Below are positions 24,101 to 37,362 of a stretch of 64,000 nucleotides of DNA, piece after piece. Below the pieces are notes generated by a model. It was not told the origin of the DNA. It saw only the letters and a list, made by a program, of their open reading frames with translations, and searched no databases. The first letter of the stretch is position 1, and the number at the start of each line of letters is the position of its first letter. Source of the DNA: Catajapyx aquilonaris (lineage: Eukaryota); the NCBI GenBank assembly GCA_000934665.2, contig JYFJ02000115.1:62001-126000 (forward strand). The letters run 5' to 3'. The translations under genes and the position numbers were made by a program.

Positions 24101-27061
24101 ATGGCTGTCCCTCCAGTGGTCCTCAGCAATGGAGCCAAGATGCCCATACTTGGACTTGGAACATGGAGGGTTCGAAGAATATTTAATCGCACACATTCCA
24201 TTTCAGACCATTTTGCTTCGAGCAATGCCAACAAAGTAGCTCTAGATTATAGAATCAATCCCCCCAGCCGCTAAGCCAGATGTGGCCGGCACGTATCAGT
24301 CGTAAGGTCATCTGAAGGATGTTCATATCCTGTTGGGGAATCCGATTACATTTCATCTGACTGGGGATTGGCATCGCCATTACAATTATTATATTATGAA
24401 AGAAAAACAAACTAAGGGGTAAATCACTCTGGATGTCCGTTGTACGGTATATGGCACCAAGTCCGACAAGTCCAGACCCAAGTCCAACAAGTCCAAGTCC
24501 CAACAAATCTGAGCCCAAGTCCTGACAAGTCCAACCCCAAGTCCTGACAAGTCCAACCCCAAGTCCCGACAAGTCCAGACCCAGGTCTCGACAAGTCCAA
24601 GCCCAGGTCCCGACAAGTCCCGACCCAAGTCCAACAAGTCCCAAGTCCAAGTCCCGACAAGTCCAACCCCAAGTCCCGACAAGTCCAGACCCAAGNTCCA
24701 AGCCCAAGTCCCGACAAGTCCCGACCCAAGTCCAACAAGTCCAAGTCCCGACAAGTCCAAGCCCAGGTCCCGACAAGTCCAGACCCAAGTCCAACAAGTC
24801 CAAGCCCAAGTCCCGACAAGTCCCGACCCAAGTCCAACAAGTCCAAGCCCAAGTCCCGACAAGTCCCGACCCAAGTCCCAACAAATCTGAGCCCAAGTCC
24901 CGACAAGTCCTGACCCAAGTCCCAACAAATCTGAGCCCAAGTCCCGACAAGTCCCGACAAATCCGAGCCCAAGTCCGACAAGTCCGTTGTATGCTCAATA
25001 GCCGAGTGATTTACCTTCTTGACAAAATCAGTGCTGATTCGTTTACTCATATAAGTTTTTAATGTTTCAGTCCAATCCTGGCGAGGTGACTCAGGCCGTG
25101 AAGGATGCGATTGATGCCGGTTACAGGCATTTCGATTGCGCCTTTGTGTATGGGAATGAGGTGGAGGTGGGAGCCGGAATCAAGGCCAAAATGGATGAAG
25201 GGATCATCAAGCGGGAGGATATTTTCGTTACCAGCAAGGTACGTGCTGCTTCAAACACTGACTTGAAAAAATTACATTGGGATTTCGCCTACACTGCGGA
25301 AAACTAAACGGCCATCTGACGTCATCAATGTTTCCACGGAAATGCCGTCAAGAAGCAACAATGTAAGAAACGAAGACGTCAGATCCGTCGTTTGGTTTTC
25401 CGCACTTTAGAATGTGTATAAGTTAAATCAGAAATAAATGTTATCAGCATGTGACTAGGGCAAGAGTCAACTTGGGTTTATCTGGAAGGGAATAACATTT
25501 TTGTCCTGATACGTTTATAATATTATCCGAAGGGTCAAGGTCCAACACATACCATAATTATTCTTTGAAATTATCGGAAAAATATACTAATCGTATTATG
25601 TATACTTTCCCTGGAAGCTGTGGAACACGTTCCATCGTCCAGATCTGGTGGTTACGTCATGCAAGAAGTCTCTGGAGAACCTGGGTCTGACCTACCTGGA
25701 TCTGTACCTGATTCACTGGCCGATGGGATACAAGGTGACGTGAGTCGTTTCTTTCTAAAAAATATTTGATGGCATTTTATGACCTGGGGAAGGGCGCATT
25801 GTAGGAGGGGGAGGAACTGTTTCCGAAAGATGCGGACGATAAGTGGCTATTCAGTGATTGCGATTACGTGGACACCTGGAAGGGGATGGAGAAGTGCGTG
25901 AGTCAGGGGCTGGTCAAAGCAATCGGACTGTCCAACTTCAATGTGAAGCAGGTGGAAAGGGTGTGTGACAGTGCCGAGGTCAAACCAGCCATGGTTCAGG
26001 TTAGATCAGGAGGATTTACTCTGGGGCCGCTTGATTCACTCGGGATTATGGAGTTTGTGTAACTGCATGTGAATTGGTGGCGTCTTGCAATGGCTTGTTG
26101 TTCTGCTTGGGTAGGAAGGTGATGAGCTGTTCCCTATGGTGGATGAAAAGACTCAGTACAGCGATGCGGACTATGTGGACACCTGGAAGGCCATGGAGGA
26201 GGTGGTGGCTTTGGGACTTAGCAAATCGCTTGGACTGTCCAACTTCAGTAGCAAGCAGGTTGAGCGGGTGCTTGCGGTAGCTAAGGTCAAGCCTGTTAAT
26301 AATCAGGTACGGAGCGGAAAGAAGATGCATGCTACAACTAACATGCATGTGCGCTGTGTTGAATGTGTCGTATGTGTAACATCTAACAACATGTTAATCA
26401 CCATCAGTAGTGCAATTAACTAGAGACTTGCTTGCTTCATCGTCAATAACTGCAACCAGCTCAGTTGCGTTCACATGTTTCAGGTTGAGTGCCACCCGTA
26501 CTTGAACCAGCAGAAGCTGATTGACTTATGCAAATCCCGAGGCATCCATCTGACTGCGTATGCGCCTCTGGGATCTCCAGACCGACCCTGGGCCAAGCCA
26601 GGTGATCCCCAACTCATGGAGGATCCAAAGATTAAGAAGATTGCCGACAAGTACAAGAAGACACCAGCGCAGATTTTGCTACGCTGGCAGGTACACTCTT
26701 GCAGTGTTTAATGTGTGTGCCTCAGGTTAATTGGCAGTTTTTGTCTGGCTGCAGATCCAAAGGAACGTCATTGTGATTCCCAAGTCCGTAACCAAGTCCA
26801 GAATCCAGGCCAACATCCAGTGCTTTGACTTTGAGCTGGACAAGGATGACATGAGCCTGATTGACAGCTTCGATTGCGGAGGACGCACTTTCTGTCTGGA
26901 ATGGTGAGTTTATCACGAATTTTACAATTAGCCTTCCTCATTACGACAGGCACAGCTTTAAGATATGTTGTTACAAGTGTAATGAACCAACGCATACTGA
27001 ATTTTAAAAACGTTTCAGGGTGAAGGACCATCCTCACTATCCGTTCAACATTGAGTACTAA
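24101..27061 (+). CDS. Aldo-keto reductase (aldose reductase AKR1B-like); exons 24101-24169, 25071-25238, 25618-25734, alternative 25805-25999 or 26115-26306, 26484-26690, 26755-26903, 27019-27061
   Basis: [68 protein letters not shown]; catalytic D-Y-K-H tetrad present. Confidence 0.95.
24457..24985. repeat. Low-complexity minisatellite built from caagtcc/gac/aac modules in AKR intron 1
   Basis: Irregular repeats of ccaagtcc(c)gacaagtcc.., containing an N at 24696. Confidence 0.95.
25295..25404. mobile_element. Short MITE-like hairpin in AKR intron 2
   Basis: tgcggaaaactaaacggccatctgacgtc versus gacgtcagatccgtcgtttggttttccgca. Confidence 0.65.
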
Positions 27062-27665
27062 AATGTTGGAAAGCCAGTCTCTCGTAACATTTCTTCAAGA
27101 TGCTTGGAGTAACTTTTATACTTTTGAGAAGACAAACTGGACAGGTGCAAAGTGAGCGTTTGTTTTAAAACCCAAGAATTGCAACACTACTGTGTAGAAG
27201 ATAATGTACATCATTTTTTGGGGAGAAATACATATTGGTACATGGGAGTCGAGTTTATTTTTCTTCACCCCAGTTGATTTAACCTTGACTCCAATGTAAA
27301 TAATTTGTTCTGCTCCACATGAGTGCATGTGATGCCATATCCACTGGGTACACTTAGGACCATGTAAGCTGTACCAAAACATTACCAGTGTTGCATTGTT
27401 GGCAAAATTAACATTTTTTGTTTTGTTTCCACGTGTAATAAAACATCTCCTGTACAAGAAATGGAACATGGAAATGGTTGAAAACAACAGGCATAGAACG
27501 AATCGAGAACAAATGGCAAGACGCCAAACATATGAACAAAGAACGAAAACTAAACTTCGAAAATAACAAAAATGAACAGACTTGAATGAGGCTCACATAA
27601 CAAAGCTACAGTGAGCTATCACGACTTCCACTCGTTCATCTTTCTCTGACGTCCAAGCAATCGGC

Positions 27666-29378
27666 CTACTTATTTTCCTTATCTTCCTTGTCATCCAGCT
27701 CAATGTATGGCCCCAGCTTCTTCTTCAACTGCTCATATGTAGTCAGAGCCATTTTAAGTTTTGAACTGACTGCATCAAACTTTTGTAGTCTTGAGGAATC
27801 CACGTTCAGCTTAATGGCGTCCAACTTGACTGAAATGAATTAATTTGAAGATCAGAATAGAGTGAAGCGTTTTGTGCCATGTTACTTACTATCCAGCTCT
27901 CCTAGTACTTCCACGGTCTTCTTTCCCTTCATGAGCAGAACTGTTTGTTGATTGGCTTCCTGTGTGTGTCCCCTTGCCTGCTGTTTTAGTGCCTCCCCGG
28001 TGAGGAAGTCCTTCTCACGTGGACTGCCTCTATTAGGCAATGTTTGCTGCCCATTCGCATTGCTCCCAGTGCGCGCCGCCTCATTCCCTGATGGACCGGC
28101 CCTGTTTGGTATCATCTGCTGTTGCACGTTGGCCGCATTGGTCTTGGACTTGTGTCGCTCACCACTCCCATGGACCTTGGACTGCTGTTGTCCACCAGTC
28201 CCGCTGGGCATGGACTTACGTCGCATGCCATTTCCGCTGGGCATAGACTGTTGTTGCAAGCCACTTCCGCTGGGCATGGACTGATGATGCATGCCACTTC
28301 CACATGGCATGGACGTAGGTTGCACGTTGGTCCCAGCCGTCATCATGGCCCATCGCCGCATGTCCCTTGTGTCCCTCGTGAATGAGGACTGATGCCTTCT
28401 GTTCTCTCCCATCATGGCCTGCCACTCTGAACCAGTGTTCCTGGTTTGAAGCCGAGGAGTGCGTGAAGTGGAAGCACCCATACTGCTCTGATTTCTTCCA
28501 TTGGCATTGAGAGAAAAATAGCTGCTGGGCTTCTTGCCTGGGAATGCCATTGGGAATTTGACGCCCTGTTCATCAGATCGGTAGTAATGTTTGTGGGACT
28601 GGTTGGGGGTTTTCAAGAGCTCTCGGGAAGGTTTGAAAGGCTGCTTCACAAGAGACCAGTCATCCCTGTTGTTATCCTTTCTAGCTTCACGCATGTTGCC
28701 TTGGAGGCTGGGAACCGCATAAGTGCTGCTGGCTTGGCGTCGGCTGCCCTCAAAACCTTGGAGCTCGCTTGAAATGTTTTCTTCGGACTGGCTGATCTCA
28801 TCGTCTTGGCACTGGCTAAACATTTTTGCTTGGGACTGGCTGCTCTCATCATCGGCCTGGCTAGCTTCATCTCCCCGCAGCTCTCTGGCTCCTTTGTCGT
28901 CAAGCTGACTGGGATCTTCACCCTCAGACTGGCTGATCTCCTCATCTTGTGGCTCACTAATCTCTTCTGATTGGGGTTGAATAATCTGGTCATCTTGAGG
29001 ATCATTGGGCTTGTCATCTTGGGGCTTGTTGGTATCATCAGCTTGCTCCTGGCTGACCTTTCGAAAGAACTGGCTCAAACTGCCATCTTGGATTGGGCTG
29101 CAGCTGCTCTTGGGAAAGAGCTGGTTGAAACTGCTTTCAGCGAAGCTGCAGCCACCACTAGGAAAGACTGGATTGAACTTGTCGTCTTCTTTAGCTGAGC
29201 CACTGCTTGCATCGGAAAATAGAAAGTTGAACTTATCCATTTGGACCGCAGTGCCCTCGCTGCTGCTGCCGGAAAACATCTGGTTGAACCCCTCCTCCTG
29301 CTGGCTGGCGGAGTTGTCTTGAAAAAACATATCTGCCGCCTCGTCTTCTTCAGGCTTGTTGGAGTGCGGCTCAGCCAT
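27666..29378 (-). CDS. Hypothetical protein, about 550 aa, disordered S/Q/D/E-rich with QQSMPSG repeats and a C-terminal helical segment (exons about 27890-29378, 27666-27829)
   Basis: 517-codon ORF, phase-1 donor GAT A|gtaagt joined to ttcag|TC AAG, giving ..GELD|IKLDAIKLNVDSSRLQKF..KENK*. Confidence 0.7.
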
Positions 29379-30188
29379 AGCCCTACAGTTGAAATAGGAA
29401 TTAATTTTGTTTGTCCAGATGATCAACAATTTCATCTGCGTTTACCACCAATTACGCACCACAGTTCAATGACCTCTGGTACATGTAATGGAATTTCATA
29501 CAACCCGTTCCATTTTGTGTCTAGTTTGTTCCTATTGATATTCTCAATGTTTTACATTATTACTGCCATTATTCAGGCCGCTTGTTCACCTCTGGAATAT
29601 TCTAAAAGATGGGGAGACAGGTGCAGGTTGTACCTGTGGTTCCCTTCCTACCTGCAGGGACCAGTCTGCTCCGGCAATGCCACTGCCGATGCCTTGGGAC
29701 CAACAAGTCCTTTCGAGGCCGCCTCTCTCCTAATTCTGCGAAGAACCGGCCTGATGTGCGACTACCCTTTGGAATGGAACACTGCGAATGGAACGCGGGG
29801 GAAAAATATTTTCCAGGGCGGCAGTGTTGACAGGCCTAATGTGCAACTAGCATCGGGAAGATTTAAATTAAAATATATTTAGCTACTATCTAACAGTAAA
29901 TATTATTAATGGTGAAGTTTTAATAATATATTATTTAAAATGTGCTGAATAAGACACAAGTGGGGGTGACACAAGGTAGCCAGATGCAATAGGCAATATG
30001 GCGGATGAGCGCGGGATTTTGAACTGCTACCAGAATTAATGACCTTTTATTGCCCGAAATGACAAAGAGGATATACTTGTGTGAGCTTTATTTTCATATT
30101 ATTTAACATGAGAATTATTGGAAGCGGTCAGGCTGTAAAAAAAAAGAAAGAAAATCCGCAAATTCCCAAGTTATATTGTGTTCACGCA

Positions 30189-30852
30189 CTAATTCTGACC
30201 ATCCTTGTCATCTGATAGTTTCTTGTCCCTCTTGTACACACAGACGACTTCTTTTTCTGCAGTAGTGTCTTCTATCTCCTGGCAGTCTTCTTCTTCTTTT
30301 GATGCCTGATCGCCACCACCTTCCTCGTCTGCAGCTGACGTGTCTTCCTTCCCGCTGTACTTTTCGTCTTCCTCGTCCTCAACATCTTCGTCGACTTCTT
30401 CGTCCTCGTCCGCCTCATCCTCGATTCCTTTATTCCGACCTGCCTTAGTCATCTTCCTGGCTTTAAGCAGTATGGTCCTCAAGGTGTTCAATCTTTTAGC
30501 CTCCATCTCTATCTGGATTTTTCCAGCTTCACTCGAAGGGTCGTGAAGGGAGCTCACCTGTTTCTTCAGCTCATTGCACTTTTCTAATAAGGAATGTAAC
30601 ATATTAAATGCGACTTGCTCAATACATATCTGCAATAGGAGAGGTAATAAGTGGCTCACTCCTTATGTCCTGCACGCCCCTTCTGAATCGCTTGAGTTTC
30701 AGGCTGGTCTTGAACAACGCCTCTAAGCTCTCCTGGCTGCTGCTGACGCTGCTGAGGCCATCTTGAGACATTGACGTATTACTTGTTGTTGTAGTGCAGC
30801 GGCTAGTGGCTGCTGAAGAGGTCCTACTAATATTTTGACTTTCATCCGCCAT
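30189..30852 (-). CDS. Hypothetical 195-aa coiled-coil protein with acidic tail (exons 30660-30852, 30189-30583)
   Basis: A 76-nt phase-1 intron gtgagc..ccttattag joins two ORFs: ..RGVQDIR|KKCNELKKQVSSLHDPSSEAGKIQ..; paralog at 47416. Confidence 0.7.
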
Positions 30853-31474
30853 CTTAACCTATTCCGTATAATAAATGCAAGTATTGCATGTCATTATTAT
30901 TTGATTGCATTTATTATTTCTTTGCATTGCCTTTGCAATAATCAAAGCCTGCGATGTACAACTCTTCCTTTCATATGACAACTAGTGTTTGTTCATTTCT
31001 CAAAGAATCGCTTGTTCATAATTAGCTTAATTACTAGTGATTTTTAAAAAATGTAGATGGTTTATTTTAAAAGGACTTATTGGATGGTTCTTACTTTAGC
31101 TGCAATGAGCAAAGACTACGAGAGGCACAGAAACTCCTGACGACTTACTTGTTCTACGTTTCCATGGCTGCTGATTGTAAATGTGCAAAAAATTAATTGC
31201 AAATGTGATGATACAGTACTGTAACCTGTATGCAACGATCATCTATAATACTAGGCTCTCTTCGTTTGTTCAACAGCCATGCTTGTACAGTCAACGGCAC
31301 TGACTTGATCAAAGATGGCGACACCTGACATTCTGAGTTCATCTGACAAATGACAATCGGCGAGCGTGGCGTGAACGCAGCACGCTGTTTTTATCAATCG
31401 GAAATTTTCATATTTTGATTTGATTAATTGATTCGATAAAATATTGTTGTCTGAGAGACACTGGAAGTAGCGCA

Positions 31475-34400
31475 ATGGCGGTAAGTAACGACGTACCAAA
31501 TTTCACCCATCAATTCAATGCACATATTCGCATGTACTGTGCGTACCATGTGTGCTGGTCACACGTGCCAAGTAATGAGCAAATACCTTAATATTTTTTT
31601 GCAGAAGCAGCGCAAGAAGGCCTCAAAGAGCCCTGGACGCAAGACCAGGGTGAAGGTGGCCAACAAGACCAGGTTCAAGAAGGGGAAAGGAATCACTGCT
31701 TCGGGTGGGACCAATAGTAAGGCAGCCGGGAAGGGACATGCCGCCAAGAAGCTCTGGGGGAGCAGCAGCGGAGGAGGAGGAGACGCAGCCAAACGCAAGG
31801 GAAATGAGAAGAAGAAGAAGGAGAAACGGGCGGAGAAGCACGATGAGGTTGGGTCGGAGAGCGACGAGGAGCTTGGAGAGCAGATGCTGGAGATGATGGA
31901 ACAGGAGGACGTGGAGTACCTTACGAGGCAGCGGGACGCACGCCAGCAAAATGGGTAAACTTATCTCACTTGATACCGGTTGGAGCAAAAGCGCATCGGT
32001 TACTGAATCCTCTGGCGTTATATAACACTCATGGAGTTATAAATGGCAGCGAAATTTTTGATTGTTACAGCAAGGTGGTTCCGAAGCGCAAATTTGATGA
32101 CGTGGATGATGACGCCATGGAGCAGAAATATGAGAAACAGTTTTGCATGGAATCTCAGGACACTAAGAAGATGATGCTGCCGATTAAGACTCGGCAGGGA
32201 TTGGAAATCGTGGAGGAGGAGCAGGACGAAGAAGGTTTGATGTCTTCTTGCGTTTTTAAAGTTGCAGGTTGATGGGGGAAGAGTTTTTATTGTAATTGCA
32301 TTTGGCATGTGAGATACATTTGCGCAACAATGAGATGTCTCGGTGAATATTACCAAAGCTTAGCTCGTTGCGACTGCTCTTCTAAATTAGTACAAAACAT
32401 GCAGTACTAATAATATGCCCCTTCCTGATTTATGGAGATTGAATGATGATGATTTTGACAGGGCATGAGCGTGACGGTGAAGATGGTGACGAAGAGGAAG
32501 CGGAGGATGAAGAAGTTGAAGAAGAAGAAGAAGAGAAGGAAGAAGCAGCTGCAGACCCAGTGAGCACAGCTGCACTGTTTCTGATTCGCAGGCAAAAACT
32601 ACAGGAAAAGAGACTGCACATCGGCAAACTTGCTAGTGGATTTCTAGAGGAACCAGAACATCGGGTGAGTACCACTGTGCTGTAAAAAAAAAGTAAGCGT
32701 TGGCCTGATGAATTAATCCCATTTGTTCGCACTAGGTGAAGCGTTTGGAGGTGCTTTTAGAGTATATGGAAGAGCCTGATCTGGAGGTTTGCCTGACGGT
32801 GAAGAAGCTAGCGATGGCTGCGTTGCTCGAGGTTTTTAAGGACGTCCTGCCCACCTACAGGATCCATCACCACCAGTCCACCAACAAGTGTAAGTCCTTA
32901 GCAGTAACTGAAGTCATTTTATTTACTCATCGTGTCAATCTCCAGTGAAGAAGGAGACGGCTGTGCTTTGGGAGTATGAACGTGGTCTCCTCAAGAACTA
33001 CAAGCTGTATCTTCAAGCCCTGGAGAAGGTGGTCATGTCCAACCTAAAGCCCAAGAGGAGTGAAATGCAGAAGAGAAACGAGGCCGAGAAGGGCCTAGGA
33101 GAGTTTGGTGTCCGTTGCCTGGGACAACTCCTGGTGTCCAAGCCGGAATCCAACTTTTCCACCAACATTGCGCACATGTTGGTCCCGTTCTTGGACCACC
33201 CTTCCCAGTCTGTGAGGGACTGTTGCAAGCAGACCCTTCGCACCGTGTTTAAGGAGGACAAAAGAGGGCAGGTCACCCTGCAGGTTGTCCGTCGCATTAG
33301 CTACCTGGTCAAGGCCAAGAAGCATCAGTTGAGGAGAGACGTACTTGATGTTTTGCTGGTGAGTTGCTGAAAATTTATTGGGTTGAAATTATTACTGATC
33401 TTATTGTGTAGTCCCTGGGCATCAGGGGCGTGGACCTGGAGAAGGAAGAGCGTGACAAGGAAGGCGAGAAGAAGCGGTTGACGTACAAGGAGCGAATGAT
33501 ACGACTCTCCCGGCGTGAGAGGCGACGCGAGAAGCACCGCTCGGAACTAGAGCGCCAGCTTTTGGAGGCCCAGGCGCAAGAGAACGTGCAGACGAAGCAC
33601 AAGCTACTCACGGAAGTCACCAAGCTGGTGTTTGCCATGTACTTCCGAGTCCTCAAGTCCCACCCGACCTCCCAACTGATCAGTGCCGTCCTAGAAGGAC
33701 TTGCCAAATTCGCACACTGCATCAACCTGGACTTTTTCCAGGACTTGATCGGAGTCCTGCATTCGCTGTTAGACACACACAAGCTGGGCCTCAGGGACTC
33801 CTTGTTGTGCATCCAGACCGTTTTTCAGATCCTGTCCGGACCAGGCGAGGCCCTAACAATGGATCCCCAGAGATTTTATAGCGTTCTGTACCGATGCTTG
33901 TTGGAACTAGACGTTGGCAATAACGACGAGATTCCCTTGGCGATTCAGTGTCTGCATGGGGCACTTGTTGTGCGAAAGAAGCGCGTGTCGCACCAGCGGG
34001 CATTGGCATTCGCCAAGAGGATATCCACCGCGGCTCTTCAGACGGCGCATGATGGGTCGGTGGCATGTCTACATGTTGTGAAAGATGTCATGCAGGTATG
34101 TTGCGTAATTATGTGCTGCGTTAGGTTTGGCTTAATGTCCGTTTTGCAGGCCCATCCCCAAGTTGACGTCCTGCTGGATTCGGATGCAACGAGCGGATCC
34201 GGAGTGTTCTTGCCAGAATTGGAAGAACCGGAGCATTGCAATGCCGCCAGCACTTCTCTGTGGGAACTTACAATGCTCAAGGTACACACGTTTTCATGGT
34301 CAGCTGTTGCCAGTCACACTAACATAATTCCTTCGCTGCAGCGTCATTACCATCCGGCGGTGCAGGCATATGCAGGAGCAATTCTCGGAGGGAAATCAAT

Positions 34401-34564
34401 TGGGATCAGACAGTATGTAAACTTTATTTTGACTACAAAGGCATTCCAGATTGATTCCTTCTTTATTTAATTTCAGGTCTGCGTCTGAAGTGTTTGCTGA
34501 CTACGACTGGTCCGAAATGGCTTTTCGGCCTCCAGTCCCACCTCCAAAGGGGGTCAAGAAATAA
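31475..34564 (+). CDS. NOC3L: Nucleolar complex protein 3 homolog (multi-exon, 6-nt first coding exon ATGGCG|gtaagt)
   Basis: MLPIKT, LEVFKDVLPTYRI, YERGLLKNYKLYL, VLEGLAKFAHCINLDFFQDLI, RALAFAKR, GSGVFLPELEEPEHCNA, HYHPAV; final exon ..EMAFRPPVPPPKGVKK*. Confidence 0.93.
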
Positions 34565-34587
34565 AACATGTTTTCTCATTGAGAAAG

Positions 34588-35304
34588 TTACTGGCTTGTC
34601 TTTTCCTTCTCTTGTCGATACATCTCGTACAAAAGTTCGGTGGCAGTGGGCTTCTGGTGAGGCGCCTGGTACAGCTCCTCCTGTTCAAAAAACGGAATTG
34701 TTAGGCACGGCGGATCCTTCGCATGACAGAACAGCCTTACTTTTGGAAACTGGGTGACGTTGAGAGACGAGTCTTTGTGGGTGAATGGAGTCCACACCCC
34801 TTGTATCGATGGGTGGTCCGTATGCTGCATCATCCTGAACCTGACTATGGGATAACCGCTGACTGTTCGGAGGTACTCGACCCACTTGGCCACCTCATCC
34901 CGGCTGTAGTTGTGGCAGCTGATCCAGTGCTTCTCTCCGTTCACTGCGGAACAAGCAGAGTCGGTCGCGGCTCATTACCACCAACTGTTATACTCACAAT
35001 ACTCCGCGGCGAGTATAGGCGACCGGTGTCTCCTTGGCTTCAAGTAGACAACAACGCCCGGGTTACTCTTCGCAAATTGGAGCAGGTCCATCTCGATGAA
35101 ATCCCTGTAGGAAATCCGGTTAGCAGTCCGTTCATTGTTTTCACATGTAATTTGTAAATGAACATACCGCATTCCCCTGCTGGCTCCGTAGCTCTTGCAG
35201 AACTTGAACACGATCCTCTGCAGCTGGCAAATGTATCGTCCCACCCCGTTCTGAAGTGGGGCCCGGACAAACCCTGACTTAATGAAGAGGCTGTTGGCCG
35301 ACAT
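34588..35304 (-). CDS. MRPL43: Mitochondrial ribosomal protein L43, 4 exons
   Basis: LQNGVGRYICQLQRIVFKFCK..SRGMR|DFIE..NPGVVVYLKPRRHRSP..EY|LNG..HTDHPSIQGVWTPF. Confidence 0.95.
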
Positions 35305-35946
35305 TGCTTCTGGAAAAGGCAATTAAAACAGTAATTATTATTGTGGCACTGAATAATGCATATTAATCTGATTAAACTGTTCCCATTGTCTTTATCACCA
35401 AGACGTTAAAATGCAGATTTATTCTCACCTGTGCAGGTTTTACGAGTAGATGCCCGAGTAGAAGCTTCTTTAACTTTTAGAGCTGCTGATCAGTGACTTC
35501 CGAGGCCTGTTAATTAATCAAAATTAACCAAAAAAATTAACCAAAAACAATTATTTTCCGCACGGCGAAATGTCCGCCATCTTTGATATGACGTCATTAC
35601 AAGTTGCCAGGTTCAGCACGCACTTTTATGATTGTACAAAATAATTTGTAAATTATTTTTTAAATTTTACGTTCCATTTGTACAATCGTTTAATTTAATC
35701 ACTAAAGGATTGATGTAAAAATGAGCCGGATAAAATCCAGCGTTGCAGATCCAGCAGCCCCGCCATTTTTTTAAAGAATTTGTTATGGAAGAGAACATAT
35801 TATCTGATGAGATTAATAATTATGGTGTCACTCTTTATCAAAGAAGATTACAAGTACCGATTTAGTTTACAGCGGTTTGCATTCAGAATAATAGACAACA
35901 GCGGTTTACAGAGGGACACTGAAGGAAGAAACACACTTTAGCAATC

Positions 35947-37362
35947 ATGGGAGTCAATCATATTGTGGTAAAAATACTCATTATTGTCTCTCATTTACTG
36001 ACAGTTGTTGTAATTTGGCTATCTTTACAGGTGCTGATGTTTTTGGCATGTTGTTTCCTAAGTCAGTAAGTTGAATGCAACTCTCAATTCTAGGCAAAAA
36101 AATCACTTATTATTCATTTGACTTTTAGAGCCTCAGCTAGAATTATAGACGACATTGATGACGAGATATGTGAATGGGGACAATCATATCCGCATGCAAA
36201 TGACTGCCATCAGTTCTACAAGTGCACCTTTGAAGCGGACACTTTTAAAACGATAGTCTCTTCATGTCCTCAAGGGTCATTCTTTCATCCTGTTCTCAGG
36301 TTGTGCTACCTTGAAAGTTCTGAGGTAAGGACTGCTTTTTTTTAGTGCAATGAAAGTGCTATAAAATTTTACCATTGTTCGTGTTTACAGACCCAATGCC
36401 AATCTAACAATGTGGGATTCAAGGATGACACATGTGATGCTGACAAGGACAAGCCAAAGTGTGTCGACTGCTCTACTTTTGCATATTGCAATTCCTTCAC
36501 TAGCACCTGGACTTATGGGAAATGTCCAAAAGGATTCTGTGATCCTGTAAAAGTCAAGTGCCTAGAAGACGTTCCAGCTTGCATTCCCTTTCAGTGTGGT
36601 GACGACGATGGAACATTCCCAGATTCCTCCAACTGCACGAAATATCACATGTGCAAGGGTGGAAAAGAAACTCCTGGAGTTTGTGACAATGGGAAGGCTT
36701 TCAATCCTGTGTCGCTCATTTGCGACAAAGCGATAGATGACGCAACATGTAACAAAACAATTGTCAACTGTGACATGCCACAGCCAAGTGCTATTAAAAA
36801 ATTGCCTGTGACCAGCAACTGTCTCCAGTATCACAAGTGCGACGTGTCAAAAGAGTACAAAGATGCCTTGGTAGCCATCTACTATAATTGCCCAAAAGGA
36901 CAGTTTTTTGCTTATAACTCCACATATGAAACTGACCCAAAAGGTGGACAGTGTTTAAATGTATCAGCTGCAAATGTACCATCCGACGAGGCATGCAAAG
37001 AAGCGCTGTCAGAGTCAGGAGTGCATTGCTTGGCTGGTGGTTTCAATCCAATCGAGCCATGTCCAACCATGGCTTATTATTGCAGTCCAGATACGCTGAA
37101 GGAGCTTGGAAAGATAACCTGTCCTGATGGCCAGGCTTTTGATAAAGATAATTGCAAGGATTTTGCTGATGTCACGTCTTGCAAAGATTTGTGCAAGGAA
37201 GATACTCTGAAGAAGAAGAACCCAAGTGATTGCACCACATACTTTGAATGCGACAAGGTTGGTGGAACACCCAAGGTTAAAAAGTGCCCAGATGGTCAAG
37301 CCTTCAATGGTGCTAAGGGAGACTGCGACGACAAGGCTAATGTTCCACTGTGCCAAACTTAA
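35947..37362 (+). CDS. Secreted peritrophin-like protein with multiple chitin-binding (CBM14/peritrophin-A) domains, copy 1 (exons 35947-35967, 36031-36065, 36129-36324, 36391-37362)
   Basis: Signal-peptide exons; repeated C-x-YPH..DCHQFYKC..CPQGSFFHP..C and DCTTYFEC..CPDGQAFN..C motifs. Confidence 0.85.

Noticed and set aside
23567..24985. CRISPR-like arrays or repeat-protein ORFs (24255-25050)
   Set aside because: Head-to-tail repeats without unique spacers, in introns of a eukaryotic genome; the ORFs are repeat artefacts.
30584..30659. Apparent frameshift or 30-nt micro-intron here (and at 47592-47662)
   Set aside because: Both are explained by ordinary 76-nt and 71-nt phase-1 introns.
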